Assembly: GCA_963675295.2 (NCBI GenBank)
Contig: CAXXKJ010000002.1
Span: forward strand, 960,001-1,024,000
Direction of reading: 5' to 3'
DNA length: 64,000 bases
From: a bacterium
GTDB taxonomy: Bacteria > Electryoneota > Electryoneia > Electryoneales > Electryoneaceae
The position numbers were made by a program, and so were the translations under genes. The notes beneath the pieces were generated by a model. The model did no database searches. It was not told the DNA's origin and worked only from the letters and a program-made list of their open reading frames with translations. Position 1 is the first letter of the stretch; each line of letters begins with the position of its first letter. Positions 36,050-46,819 of this stretch are shown here, piece after piece.

Positions 36050-36392
36050 TCGTGAGACTGATCTGAGTTGAACCAGTCGGTTTGGTTTCCCGCGAACGAG
36101 CGCGTGCCGTGAGACGATGATGCTCCGGGTTTACAGCGGTGCGAGGGTTTGCCGAGAAGGCGATGGCAAGTGGGCTGGAAAGACTGTCCCCGTGGATCCC
36201 GGTTCTGCGGTGGGCGTGTTTCGGCCGCGGGTGGTTAAACCAGAATTGTTGTGCGAGCGTTGGCACACTCGTCACGACCCCGCCTGTTGGAAGGTAATTC
36301 CCCCTGAACAGTGGTGATTGCTTCCCCTCCATTGCCCCCATTAACCATGTCCGAAGGATCGGACTCCGGTGCCAGGAAGGAAAGTCGTTGGG

Positions 36393-38819
36393 ATGAGCGA
36401 AGAAACCAAAAAAGACGTCAAGGCCGAGGCCACGGAAGAAACCAAGGCTGAAGAGACCAGGGCTGAGACCAAGCCCGCCGCCGAAGAGAAGCCTGCCAAG
36501 GAAGAGAAGAAGGCTGAGCCGAAGGCGGAGAAGAAGGCCGAGCCGAAGGCGGAGAAGCCGGCTGAGAAGCCAGCTGAGAAGCCTGCGGACACCGTGACCG
36601 ATCCGGAACTCGCGGAAAAGGAACTGGACAGCCAGATTGCCTCGCGTACCCCGGATGACAACACGATCGAAACCCTGATGCCCGCGTTCAAGAAGATGAA
36701 GGCGGAGGATCGTGGCGGCGAAACGTTCGTCAAGCTCGAGGATTTGAAGCAGGCGGAACAGGAAGCCCGTGGCGACCTCGCCGACCTCGAAGCGTTGTAC
36801 GAAGAGTCGCTGGTTGACATCAAGGAACAGCAGATCGTGTCCGGCAAGATCATCGCCATCAGTGAAAAGGAAGTGGCGGTGGATATCGGCTTCAAGTCGG
36901 AAGGCGTTGTTTCGATTGATGAGTTTGACGACCCGTCATCGCTGACCGTTGGCGATCAGATCGAGGTCTATCTGGATAGCGTGGAAGACAGCGACGGTCA
37001 GTTGTCGCTTTCGAAGCGCAAAGCGGACTTCATGCGTGTCTGGGACCGTGTCAAGGGTGTGTACGCGGCCGACGGCATCATCCGCGGACGTTGCACCCGC
37101 CGGATCAAGGGCGGCATGGTGGTCGATCTGGGCGGTGTGGACGCGTTCCTGCCGGGTTCGCAGATTGACGTGCGTCCGGTGCGCGACTTTGACGCGATCA
37201 TCGGCACCGAGATGGAATTCAAGATTCTCAAGATCAACGATCTGCGCAAAAACATCGTGGTCTCGCACAAGGTGCTGAAGGAAGAGAGCCTGCGCGAAGT
37301 CCGCGAGAAGTTGCTGGAGAATCTGGAAGTCGGGCAGATGCTCGAGGGTACGGTCAAGAACATCACCGACTTCGGCGTGTTCGTCGACCTCGGCGGTGTG
37401 GACGGCCTGTTGCACATCACCGACCTCAGCTGGGGCCGTGTTGGCCACCCGAGCGAAGTGGTGCAGCTCGATCAGAAGATCAAGGTAATGGTGCTGAACT
37501 ATGATCCGGATCGCCGTCGCATCAGCCTCGGCCTGAAGCAGCTGTACGCTCACCTCTGGGACGAAATCGACCTCAAGTACCGTGTCGGCCAGAAGGTTCA
37601 GGGCCGTGTGGTCAGCCTCGCCAAGTACGGCGCCTTCGTCGAAGTCGAGCCGGGCATCGAGGGTCTGGTCCACATCAGCGAAATGAGCTGGACGCAGCAC
37701 ATCAAGCACCCGAACCAGGTTGTTCGTGAGGGTGAGTATGTCCAGGTCGTGATCCTGAACATCGACAAGGAAAACAAGAAGATCAGCCTTGGCCTGAAGC
37801 AGGTTGAGGAAGATCCGTGGGAAGCGTTCGAAGCCAAGTACCGTGAAGGCACGAAGCACAAGGGCGTGGTTCGTGACCTGGTTCCGTTCGGCGCGTTCGT
37901 CGAGCTGGAAGACGGCATCGACGGTCTCGTGCACATCTCCGATCTCAGCTGGACCCGCAAGGTCCGTCACCCGGGCGAAATCCTCAAGAAGGGCGAGGAG
38001 ATCGAGGTGGTGGTATTGAGCTTCGACCGTGACGAACGCCGCATCGCGTTGGGTCACAAGCAGGTCGAGGAGAATCCGTGGGATACCTTCGCACGTGACT
38101 TCCCGGTCAACACGAAGTCGACGGGTACGGTTGTCCGTCTCATCGACAAGGGCCTGATCGTCGAGCTGCCGCACAAGATCGAAGGCTTCATGCCGAACAG
38201 CCAGATTTCGCGGAAGTACTTCGACGGCAAGAAGCGGAACGTACAGGTTGGCGACGTGCTGAATCTCGTCATCACCGAGTTTGACAAGGAAGAGCGCAAG
38301 GTCATCCTGTCGAACGCGGCGGCGGAGAAGGATCAGCCGAAGGTTTCGTCGTCCACTCGTGAAGACAGCGAGAAGTCCGGTGGCGCCCGCTACTCGGGTG
38401 GTGTCGGTACCACGATCGGCGATACGCTCGGTGCGGACCTGAAGGCTGCGCTGGAACGTGCCAAGGCGGCGGAAGGTGACGCTGACGAAGACGCTGCGAA
38501 GGAGAAGCCGAAGAAGTCGGCAGCCTCCGCGCGTGCCGAAGGCACCAAGGCGGACGACGCCAAGCCGGAAGCTGAAGAAGCTGAACCGGAAGCTGAGGAA
38601 GCCAAACCGGAAGCCGAGGAAGCCGAACCAGAAGCGGAAGAAAAGCCTGCGGACGATGAGGCGAAGGCGGACGACGCGAAGGCCGACGAAGCCGACGCAC
38701 CGGCAGAAGAAGAGGCGAACGAAGAAGCCCCGGCGGAAGAAGAAGCCAAGGCTGATGACGACTCCGATGCCGCGGACGACGCGGACGATTCCGAAGACGA
38801 GAAGAAGTCGAAGGAATAA
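36393..38819 (+). CDS. rpsA: 30S ribosomal protein S1 with long low-complexity termini
   Basis: VDIGFKSEG, AFLPGSQID, DGLLHITDLSW, EGLVHISEMSW: six S1 repeats. Confidence 0.96.
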   Translation: MSEETKKDVKAEATEETKAEETRAETKPAAEEKPAKEEKKAEPKAEKKAEPKAEKPAEKPAEKPADTVTDPELAEKELDSQIASRTPDDNTIETLMPAFKKMKAEDRGGETFVKLEDLKQAEQEARGDLADLEALYEESLVDIKEQQIVSGKIIAISEKEVAVDIGFKSEGVVSIDEFDDPSSLTVGDQIEVYLDSVEDSDGQLSLSKRKADFMRVWDRVKGVYAADGIIRGRCTRRIKGGMVVDLGGVDAFLPGSQIDVRPVRDFDAIIGTEMEFKILKINDLRKNIVVSHKVLKEESLREVREKLLENLEVGQMLEGTVKNITDFGVFVDLGGVDGLLHITDLSWGRVGHPSEVVQLDQKIKVMVLNYDPDRRRISLGLKQLYAHLWDEIDLKYRVGQKVQGRVVSLAKYGAFVEVEPGIEGLVHISEMSWTQHIKHPNQVVREGEYVQVVILNIDKENKKISLGLKQVEEDPWEAFEAKYREGTKHKGVVRDLVPFGAFVELEDGIDGLVHISDLSWTRKVRHPGEILKKGEEIEVVVLSFDRDERRIALGHKQVEENPWDTFARDFPVNTKSTGTVVRLIDKGLIVELPHKIEGFMPNSQISRKYFDGKKRNVQVGDVLNLVITEFDKEERKVILSNAAAEKDQPKVSSSTREDSEKSGGARYSGGVGTTIGDTLGADLKAALERAKAAEGDADEDAAKEKPKKSAASARAEGTKADDAKPEAEEAEPEAEEAKPEAEEAEPEAEEKPADDEAKADDAKADEADAPAEEEANEEAPAEEEAKADDDSDAADDADDSEDEKKSKE

Positions 38820-40153
38820 TGACCCGTCGCAACAGTACAGCTACTCAACAGCCCACGGTTGCGTTGACAACCGTGGGCTGTCGTCTTAATCAAGCCGAGA
38901 CCGACGCGGTGCAGGACTCGTTCGCAGCGGCCGGATACCGGATTGTCGCGTTTGACGAGAATCCGGACGTGCATTACCTCAACACGTGCACGGTAACCGG
39001 ACGGGCGGATCGGTCGTCTAGACAGTACATCCATCGTGCCCGGCGGGAGCATCCGGACTCGGTGGTAATCGTGGCGGGGTGTTTCGCCAACCGCGCCGCT
39101 CAGGAGCTGGTTGAGGGCGGTGAGGTCGACCTGGTGTTGGGGCAGCGTGAGAAGATGCATCCGCTGCATCACCTGGTTAATCCGTTCGCACGTCCGGAGC
39201 GGCCGTTGGTCGTGCTGGACGAGGCGGGCGATTCGATCCCGGCGTCGGTGGGTGTGCGTGTGACCGGCCGGTCGCGCGCGTTCCTGAAAGTGCAGGACGG
39301 TTGCGATCACAGCTGCACGTATTGTGCGGTCGCGCCAGCCCGGGGGCCATCGGTCAGTGCCTCCCGGATTGAAGTGCTGGAAGCGTTGCGCCGAATCAAA
39401 GATGCTGGTTACGAAGAGGTTGTCTTCACCGGCGTGGACATCTCCGACTGGCGCGAAGGCGATAAACTTGTAGGTAAGAACGGTTCCGATTTTATTAATT
39501 TGGTAGAACTTGCGTCTGATATTGGACTTCCGCGAGTTCGAATTTCCAGCCTGGAACCCTGGTCGATGACACCGGAACGGATTCAACGGCTTGCGGCGGT
39601 AGACGCCTGGTGCGAGCACATCCATCTGGCATTGCAGAGTGGCGATGATGCTGTGCTGCGCCGGATGAACCGGAAGCTGGATCTCGGGCAGGTGCGCGAA
39701 ACGATGCAGGAGTTAATCGGGCTGCGACCGCAGGCGACCCTCGGCGCGGACATGATCGCTGGTTTTCCCGGCGAAACGGAAGCTGCGTTTGAGAATACGG
39801 TTGAATTGTTGCACGAAGGCTGGATACACTACTTGCACGTGTTCCCGTATTCGCCGCGTCCCGGCACCCCGGCGGCGAAAATGCGAAATCAAGTCCCGAT
39901 GGAGACTCTGCTGAAACGGGCTGCTCGTCTGCGGAAATTGTCTGATAAACTCAAGAAAGACAAAATGCTTACGATGATTGGTCACAAGAGCGAGCTGTTG
40001 GTGGAGCAAGACAAGCGAACCGGGTACTCAAAGAACTATCTTCGAGCCGGACTGTTGGCCGATTCTTCGCGTGGGGCGGGAAAAAGGGTACCGGTCAAGG
40101 TTACCGGGTTTGACGAACGTAAAAAGTTACTTGAAGTAGAGGAATTGCGATGA
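38819..40153 (+). CDS. mtaB: tRNA methylthiotransferase (MtaB-like radical SAM)
   Basis: TVGCRLNQAET, NTCTVT, VAGC, KVQDGCDHSCTYC, GFPGET, LHVFPYSPRPGT. Confidence 0.9.
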   Translation: MTRRNSTATQQPTVALTTVGCRLNQAETDAVQDSFAAAGYRIVAFDENPDVHYLNTCTVTGRADRSSRQYIHRARREHPDSVVIVAGCFANRAAQELVEGGEVDLVLGQREKMHPLHHLVNPFARPERPLVVLDEAGDSIPASVGVRVTGRSRAFLKVQDGCDHSCTYCAVAPARGPSVSASRIEVLEALRRIKDAGYEEVVFTGVDISDWREGDKLVGKNGSDFINLVELASDIGLPRVRISSLEPWSMTPERIQRLAAVDAWCEHIHLALQSGDDAVLRRMNRKLDLGQVRETMQELIGLRPQATLGADMIAGFPGETEAAFENTVELLHEGWIHYLHVFPYSPRPGTPAAKMRNQVPMETLLKRAARLRKLSDKLKKDKMLTMIGHKSELLVEQDKRTGYSKNYLRAGLLADSSRGAGKRVPVKVTGFDERKKLLEVEELR

Positions 40154-41337
40154 GTGACGGGTACAAGGTCCTCGAAAAGGATCTGCTCGACGATTTTCTG
40201 GCGATGGTTCAAATCGACAGCCCCTCCCGTGATGAACGGGGCATGGCGGATTGGTTGACGGAAAAACTCCGCTCGCTGGGTTGCGAGGTTGAGGAGGACA
40301 AGGCAGGCGAAACGGTCGGCGGTAATGCCGGCAACCTGCGTGTGTTCCTCAAGGGCAACACGGACGTGGATCCGCTGCTGTTCAGCGCCCACATGGACAC
40401 CGTTGAACCCGCGCGTGGCGTCGATCCGATTGTCGAGGATGGCATTGTCCGCTCCAAGGGCGAGACGATTCTCGCGGCGGATGACAAGGCCGGCCTCGCC
40501 TGTATTGTTCAGCTTGCCCGTCTCGCTCAGGCGCAGCCGGATGTACCGCGTCCTGACCTCGAGTTCTCGATCCACATCTGCGAGGAAGTCGGTCTGCTCG
40601 GCGCGAAGACCGTCGATACCAGCAAGTTCCGGTCGAAGGTCGGATTTGTGCTGGACGACGAAGACGTGAAGAAGGTGAATGTCGGCAGTCCGGGTGCGGT
40701 GCGATTGAACTACACTGTGTTCGGTAAGGCCTCGCACGCCGGTGTTGCCCCGGAAAAGGGCATCAGCGCGTTGAAGGTTGCGGCTGAGGTGCTGGCGAAG
40801 ATGAACTTCGGCCGGATCGACGAAGAGACGACGGCGAATGTCGGGCGGATCGAAGGCGGCACGGCATCCAACGTTGTCACCGAAAAGGTGACGATGAAGG
40901 CCGAGGCCCGCAGCCACAACCCCGAGAAGCTGAAGGCGCAGGTGGATCATATGAACGCCTGCTTCGAGGAAGTCTGCTCGGCGTGGCAGGAGAAGACGAA
41001 GCACCTGTGGGAAGGCACGGACGAAGGCCCGTTGCCGAACTGGAAGCTGGACCAGGCGGATGATTACGCGCCGGTTCAGTTCAGCGAAGACGACTATGCG
41101 GTGAAGTTGCCGATGGCGGCCGGGAAGACGCTGGGTTGGGACATGGCGACCAAGATCAGCGGCGGCGGTACGGACGGCAGCATTCTGACCCACGAGGGCA
41201 TCCCGTGTGTCGTGCTCGGCGTCGGCATGCGTGACATCCACTCGACGAAGGAAAACATCGCGGTCAGCGATCTGAACGATGCGGCGAAGCTGATGGCTGC
41301 CATCGTGACGATGCACGCGAACGGTGGGGTTGCGTAA
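40150..41337 (+). CDS. M20 family peptidase (peptidase T-like)
   Basis: SAHMDTV, ADDKAG, CEEVGLLGA, GGGTDG, IHSTKE. Confidence 0.92.
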   Translation: MSDGYKVLEKDLLDDFLAMVQIDSPSRDERGMADWLTEKLRSLGCEVEEDKAGETVGGNAGNLRVFLKGNTDVDPLLFSAHMDTVEPARGVDPIVEDGIVRSKGETILAADDKAGLACIVQLARLAQAQPDVPRPDLEFSIHICEEVGLLGAKTVDTSKFRSKVGFVLDDEDVKKVNVGSPGAVRLNYTVFGKASHAGVAPEKGISALKVAAEVLAKMNFGRIDEETTANVGRIEGGTASNVVTEKVTMKAEARSHNPEKLKAQVDHMNACFEEVCSAWQEKTKHLWEGTDEGPLPNWKLDQADDYAPVQFSEDDYAVKLPMAAGKTLGWDMATKISGGGTDGSILTHEGIPCVVLGVGMRDIHSTKENIAVSDLNDAAKLMAAIVTMHANGGVA

Positions 41338-41379
41338 AACCGGTCCCGCTGGATGGACAACATCCCGTTTAAGACACTC

Positions 41380-41406
41380 AAGCCCGGATCATTGATCCGG
41401 GCTTTT
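41380..41406 (+). terminator. Intrinsic terminator (possibly bidirectional)
   Basis: aagcccggatca-t-tgatccgggctttt between convergent genes. Confidence 0.8.
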
Positions 41407-41490
41407 CCCGTCTGCGGGGACACTTACATGAGTAACTGTCCCTAGTCTTTTTCACTGAACACTGACACCTGAGCACTGAATACTGTCTTC

Positions 41491-43671
41491 CTACTTCATC
41501 AGCACCAGCTTGCGCATCTCGGTTTCGGTTCCAGCGGTCGCACGCAGGAAGTACACTCCCGACGCCAGATTTGATCCGTCGACGGTAAATTGATGCTGAC
41601 CTGATCCGTACGGACCGTGCGCCAGTTCACGCACCTGCCGGCCGAGCAGGTCGTAGACACGTACCGTCAGCTCGCTGGCGGACTGCAGCTGCACCGTGAT
41701 CGTGGTCGCGGCGTTGAACGGATTCGGATACGCGGAAACCAGCAGTGGCGATTCCGGCTGGGATGCGTCCGCGATGAACGTGTCGATCAGGCGCACGTCC
41801 CAGTCAGTCACGGCCGGGCCATTTGCCAGCGTGGCGATCTTGGTGAACATGAACTCGTCTCGAGCGACGGCACCGTTCGGGAAGCTGCCGAAACTGACCG
41901 TGTAGCTGTACGATCCCGCCGGTGCGCCGGCCGGAACGAACTGCTGCATTGTCATCTGTACGCTGCCGCTGGCGGGCAGGGTGATGTCTTCGTCGAGAAA
42001 CGCCGGGCCGTAAGTTGATCCGTTCGGCAGCGTGGCCATCGCCCACAGGTCGCCGGTAATCTCGCTGCCGGTCAACGATCCCGCGTTGATGTCGAAGCTG
42101 AACGAGCCACCGTTCGCCGGGATCTCAACAGGCGCGTTCTGCGGCGTCGCGGTCAACAGCACCGGGTGCGTATCGATGGCGAAGAAGTACGTGTTCCCTT
42201 TAGCCCGGATCGCTTCCGCGCTGATCGTGACCCGGTAGTCCTCGCCAGCGACCAGCGGCAGGGTGACGTCGTCCTGGCCTGGATTGTTCTGCGCGGTGAT
42301 GGCCGGGATAATCGGCTGGCCGGTGCCGATGTTGATCACATCAATCGCCCAGGTGTCGCTCCACTCCCAGCCGCTGAGACGCAGGGTCGCGTCAGTGGTA
42401 CGATCCGCGCGGAACCAGTACTGGTCGACATCCGGCGCCACCGGAAGGTTCGGGTCGTAGTTCGGCGCCCAGGTGATGCGTCCCGACAGCCAGCGATCAA
42501 TGCCCATGTCGAGCTGGATTTCGTACGCGAATTCTTCTTCGTCCGGTTCGTCCATGCCACGGTAGACCGCGCGCAGGTCGTCATGCACCGGCATGTGAGG
42601 TACGTCCGCCCGAACCGTGTCAGCGGTCGCCGGGACCGCAACGCCGTTCTGGTGCAGCCACTGGCTCCACAATTCGACGACGCCGTCTCCCGGCGGGTTC
42701 GTTTCAGAAACGGAGGTCAGCCAACGGTACGGAATGTCGGTCGGCAAAGGCATCGCCGGGTTGTCGGTATAGGCATCCGCGCCGGAATTCGCGTACGAGA
42801 CGCCGACGGCGGTGCCAGACTCATTGCCGTCGCAGTTGACGTCCTTGTTCCAGTAACTGAGGAAGCCCCAGCCACTGGCGACATCCTCAGAACCGCCGTA
42901 CAGGTAGACGCCATCATGTTCGGTGTTGAACAGGCCGGTATAGTGCCAGGTTCGCAGGTCACGTGTGGCTTCGCTGGCGCGCACGTCGAACCAGCTTTCG
43001 TCGATGTCGTTCGGTTCGAAACCAACGTAGGCCAGCAGCATCGACCCGTGATGCGGCGTGACCAATGTCGCGACACTGGCGACACGGTGGCCGACATTGT
43101 CATCCCACCAGCGGTGGTTGCCGTTGCCGTCGGTGCGTTGCAGGTACTCGCGGATAGTCAGGCCACCCATCGAATGGCCGACGAGGATTACCTTGTCCGG
43201 CATGCCCGGGATGGCGAGGATGCGGTCGATAATCGAGCCCAGCGCCGCGCCGGTTTTCATGATCGAGGCGGTGTTGGAATACTCGTCGTTGGCATGTCCG
43301 GCGAATGAGGGGAACCCGCGGCGGTCGAAATTGACCGTAAACAGACGGTCGTCACCGTTTGGAGTGATCGGTTCCAGTGCACGAGTTGACCAGGCAACGA
43401 ATGCGGTGTCGGTGGCAACGTTTGAACTGCCGATGTTCTGGTCGGCATTGGCGGAAAAGTGAACAATCACCTCCCGCGAAACCACGCCTTCGTCAATCAT
43501 ATCCAAACGCGGAACAGTCCACGATGCCTGATTTCCAAACAGGCCATGGACAAAGACCACCGGGTAGGGCGGTTCGGCCTTGGCGGGCAACGCCGGGATC
43601 AGCACCATCGCGATCATGAACACGACGGCGACCATCATCCAGCCATTGCCGCAACAATCATTCTTCTTCAT
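41491..43671 (-). CDS. Secreted alpha/beta hydrolase (lipase-like) with Ig-like and T9SS-type C-terminal domains
   Basis: Signal peptide; PVVFVHGL, GHSMGG, TPHHGS, GDGVV; YPNPFNA...SGVYFLR...RKLVLMK. Confidence 0.9.
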   Translation of the reverse strand: MKKNDCCGNGWMMVAVVFMIAMVLIPALPAKAEPPYPVVFVHGLFGNQASWTVPRLDMIDEGVVSREVIVHFSANADQNIGSSNVATDTAFVAWSTRALEPITPNGDDRLFTVNFDRRGFPSFAGHANDEYSNTASIMKTGAALGSIIDRILAIPGMPDKVILVGHSMGGLTIREYLQRTDGNGNHRWWDDNVGHRVASVATLVTPHHGSMLLAYVGFEPNDIDESWFDVRASEATRDLRTWHYTGLFNTEHDGVYLYGGSEDVASGWGFLSYWNKDVNCDGNESGTAVGVSYANSGADAYTDNPAMPLPTDIPYRWLTSVSETNPPGDGVVELWSQWLHQNGVAVPATADTVRADVPHMPVHDDLRAVYRGMDEPDEEEFAYEIQLDMGIDRWLSGRITWAPNYDPNLPVAPDVDQYWFRADRTTDATLRLSGWEWSDTWAIDVINIGTGQPIIPAITAQNNPGQDDVTLPLVAGEDYRVTISAEAIRAKGNTYFFAIDTHPVLLTATPQNAPVEIPANGGSFSFDINAGSLTGSEITGDLWAMATLPNGSTYGPAFLDEDITLPASGSVQMTMQQFVPAGAPAGSYSYTVSFGSFPNGAVARDEFMFTKIATLANGPAVTDWDVRLIDTFIADASQPESPLLVSAYPNPFNAATTITVQLQSASELTVRVYDLLGRQVRELAHGPYGSGQHQFTVDGSNLASGVYFLRATAGTETEMRKLVLMK

Positions 43672-43794
43672 CTGGATCACCCCTTGGGAGTTCGTGATTT
43701 TCACATTCCGCAAGGTAGGGGATTGAGGCGGCGGGATGTTAGACAGACCTACATCCCGTGTCACGCCCTCTGGAGCCGGGGAGGGTAATACGAT

Positions 43795-43925
43795 GTGCCC
43801 GTGTCTGTTTACAGACGCGGACCTGGAAATGTCGCGTCATCACAGACATGAATGTCTGGGGCACAACTGGATCTTGCCCGTGTTGGCTCAGACAACGCGG
43901 GTTGACCGACGTCGGATGATCCCGG
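43795..43925 (-). repeat. Structured ~70-nt motif, copies A (43795-43864) and B (43874-~43922, partial)
   Basis: + strand (G/T)TGCCCGTGT-hairpin-ACGCGG...ATC-hairpin-GGGCAC. The strand is assigned only by the orientation of the flanking genes. Confidence 0.8.
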
Positions 43926-43964
43926 ACAATACGTGGATGCGAATCACCAGCAAGCAGGAATCTG

Positions 43965-46490
43965 CTACCGGAACGAAATGAGCTTGGTGAAGGTGAACGT
44001 GTCCTGATCATCGATCAGGTCCGGGTAGTGCCCGACGCGCGCATACACCGTATGGGTTCCGGGAGCGGCGGTACCCGGCACCTGGAAACTCAGCCATTCA
44101 CGTGTGAACACCTCCCCGGCGGCGAGTGAAATTGTGTACAGCGGCAATTGGATTTCGTTCCCGCCAGCCGTTTCAATCCAACCCCAGACATCCAGTTCCT
44201 GCGGTTCGTTGAGGGCTTCACGGATCGTGACGTCGAAATAGACCAGCCCGCCTGGCGGCGGGATGACCGTGTACGGATCAAACGGGTCCAACTCGATGGA
44301 ACTGGCGGCTTCATTGCTCACCACCACCGGTCCGGCAGGATCGGATTCGCCGGAATTGAACAATGCAGTGACGGTGTATTCACAGGTGATGTTCGCCGTC
44401 ATGATGTGGGTGAAGGTGGTTTCGGTGGTTTCGCCGAGCAGGGTGTAGGTATCCTTATAGACCCGGTAGTTCAGCAGTTGCATCGGCTCGGTGTATTCGG
44501 GTGGTTGCCAGGACAGGGTGACCGCCGCACGAACCTGCTCGTAGCTGAGGTTTTGTGGTGCTGGTGGCAAGCCGGTCTGAAACCGCCACAGGTTTGACCC
44601 GGCGAGCAGGTACACCTCGCCATCGTGTGCCAGTGCCCGCCGTGGATCGGACAATCCATAGACCGCAGCACGTTCCGTCGGATTGTTCATATTGTGAATG
44701 CCGTACACGATCGCACCGGCGGGACTGGACGTCGTGAACAGGAAATCCGAGCTGATGTGGGCGCCGTAAAAATACTCGACGTCCGGGTTGTCAGCGGAAG
44801 CTGTCAGTATCATGGTCGTTGGATCGGTGGCGTCGACCAGGTTGACGTTTCCGCGTCCGCCGATGGCGACGCGTCCGTTGTCGACATCGAATTCATTTTC
44901 CGTGGTGGATCCATTTTGCAGGTTGAGATTGACCTGGTCAAGCATGACCGGGTCGCCGGGGTTAGCGATCGCGTAACTGTACAGGGATACCGAACCGTTC
45001 ATGCGATACAGGATGTCGGCTTCGGTAACAACACGGTCGGCGTATCCCCACGACTGGGTCTGCGTCAAGTTTGTGAGCAGGTACGGATTGGCCGGATCCT
45101 CGACGTTGTAGACCAGTTTTCCGCTGTTGGCTGAGACAAACAGTCCGCCGTTCCCGTAGCTGAGGCCGCTGTAAATGATCTCTTCGGTATGCGAAAGAAA
45201 TTGCGGGTTCATCGGATCGCTGAGGTCGTAGATGTAGATCCCACGATACTCTGGGCCATCCGGATGTTCGAACACGGACACATACAGCAGCCCATTGGCG
45301 AGTTCAACGTCATACACCTCGCAGCCATCCAGCAGGTGGGTGGATGCGGCTTGTGCCGGGTCGGACCAGTCCACAATCCAGACGCCGCCCCGGTTCGCGT
45401 TCAGCACGAAGACGTCACCCTCTTGTTTCATGTCCGAGAAGCGAACACTCCAGCCCAGTTCGTCGGCGATCAGCGGCAGCGAAGGCGTGGACACGTCGAT
45501 CATCGTCAGCAGCCGTCCCTGCCAGTACGATCCGTACAGGATTGTCGGATCATTCCGGCTCAGGAACAGCCGGCTGAATGATCCGTTCAGGGTTCCAGTC
45601 AGCACGGGGTTGGTTGGATTATTAACGTCGTAGACCACAATCCGGTCCGGGCTGTATTGAGCGATGAAGAGGAAGTTGCCGGAGATGTCGCAGTCGTAGT
45701 TTTCGGCTGTGAAGTCGAACTGATGCACGATCTGAGGAATCGACGGGACAGACGTATCCACAATGAAGCATCTGTTCTGGGCCCAGATGTACGCGCGGTT
45801 GTCCGGCCATTTGACTTTCACATTGCTACCCGTGATCCCCGTAAGGTGGATGAGACCGAGCAGGGACGGGTTCGCGGGATCGCTGATGTCGAGGATTTTC
45901 AGGTAGCCCTGGTGTGTGACCATGACGAGATCACCTTGTCCAGCGATGTCACTGAATGCGAAGTCCGGACTGGTGTAGATAAGGGTGGGTTCGGCCGGGA
46001 TGCTGAGGTCGTAGATAAACATGTCGTTGAACCAGACGGAGGTGAAGAGATAGCCCTCGATCACCTTCATGCATTGCGTCTGGTTGATGTACGTCAACTG
46101 CCGCAGAACCCGCGGATGCTGCGGATCAACGATATTGACCACAACCACGATACGATCCACGTTGGGATCGCCCACCGCGACATACAGGAACTGCTGATAA
46201 ATCGCAAGCTCGAACGCCGCTCCGTAATCCAGTACCCGGTTGACCTCGACCGGTTGCCCGGGCACGGACACATCGAAAATCACCACGCCGCTGTTCGAGG
46301 TCGCGAGGAACAGGTAGTCACCGACCTGTTCGCTGTCGTTGATTGAGCCGTAGGTGTCGTTGAGTGCGACACCGTTGAGGATCAGCCCCTCCTGCTGCAG
46401 GCCAAGTGCGAGAACGGGGCTGGAACAGGCGGTGATCAGTGCCAGCACACCGGCCAGGAATCGGACCATCGTATGATCGCGCGTTTTCAT
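43965..46490 (-). CDS. Secreted LVIVD-like repeat protein + Fn3 + Ig-like domain, no sorting domain
   Basis: Many (I/V)(Y/F)D(V/I/L)SxPxxP repeats; PAPQNL...YRVY...YTVTA...GESDP; ends FTFTKLISFR. Confidence 0.88.
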   Translation of the reverse strand: MKTRDHTMVRFLAGVLALITACSSPVLALGLQQEGLILNGVALNDTYGSINDSEQVGDYLFLATSNSGVVIFDVSVPGQPVEVNRVLDYGAAFELAIYQQFLYVAVGDPNVDRIVVVVNIVDPQHPRVLRQLTYINQTQCMKVIEGYLFTSVWFNDMFIYDLSIPAEPTLIYTSPDFAFSDIAGQGDLVMVTHQGYLKILDISDPANPSLLGLIHLTGITGSNVKVKWPDNRAYIWAQNRCFIVDTSVPSIPQIVHQFDFTAENYDCDISGNFLFIAQYSPDRIVVYDVNNPTNPVLTGTLNGSFSRLFLSRNDPTILYGSYWQGRLLTMIDVSTPSLPLIADELGWSVRFSDMKQEGDVFVLNANRGGVWIVDWSDPAQAASTHLLDGCEVYDVELANGLLYVSVFEHPDGPEYRGIYIYDLSDPMNPQFLSHTEEIIYSGLSYGNGGLFVSANSGKLVYNVEDPANPYLLTNLTQTQSWGYADRVVTEADILYRMNGSVSLYSYAIANPGDPVMLDQVNLNLQNGSTTENEFDVDNGRVAIGGRGNVNLVDATDPTTMILTASADNPDVEYFYGAHISSDFLFTTSSPAGAIVYGIHNMNNPTERAAVYGLSDPRRALAHDGEVYLLAGSNLWRFQTGLPPAPQNLSYEQVRAAVTLSWQPPEYTEPMQLLNYRVYKDTYTLLGETTETTFTHIMTANITCEYTVTALFNSGESDPAGPVVVSNEAASSIELDPFDPYTVIPPPGGLVYFDVTIREALNEPQELDVWGWIETAGGNEIQLPLYTISLAAGEVFTREWLSFQVPGTAAPGTHTVYARVGHYPDLIDDQDTFTFTKLISFR

Positions 46491-46530
46491 TGTTTTATCT
46501 CGTGTCAACACTGGTAAAGATCAAGTCAGT

Positions 46531-46796
46531 GTGCTCGTGCCAAATAGTTTATGGACGCGGACCCGGAATCGTCGGATGATCCCTGCTGGCGGAGCCATCA
46601 GGGGCACATGGAAAGTGCCCGTGTCCGCTTGCGGACGCGGACCCGGAAGCGTTGACACCCGGGTCACAGGATGACCCGGGCCACCCGGATTAAAACGGGC
46701 ACTCAACAGTTCATCGTAATTCTTGCCCGTGTTGGCTGTGACAACGCGGGTTGACGGATGTTGGACGATCCCTGCTGGCGCATCCATCTGGGGCAC
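46531..46796 (-). repeat. Structured ~70-nt motif, tandem copies C (46531-46607), D (46615-46684), E (46723-46796)
   Basis: Conserved flanks and junctions; internal hairpins differ in sequence but mostly keep pairing. Confidence 0.85.
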
Positions 46797-46819
46797 ATGT
46801 TACCACCTGATCGATTCGT

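Noticed and set aside
43945-43967. Amber read-through (pyrrolysine) of the truncated LVIVD gene
   Set aside because: An in-frame TGA follows six codons later, no CTD is encoded downstream, and no pyl genes are present.
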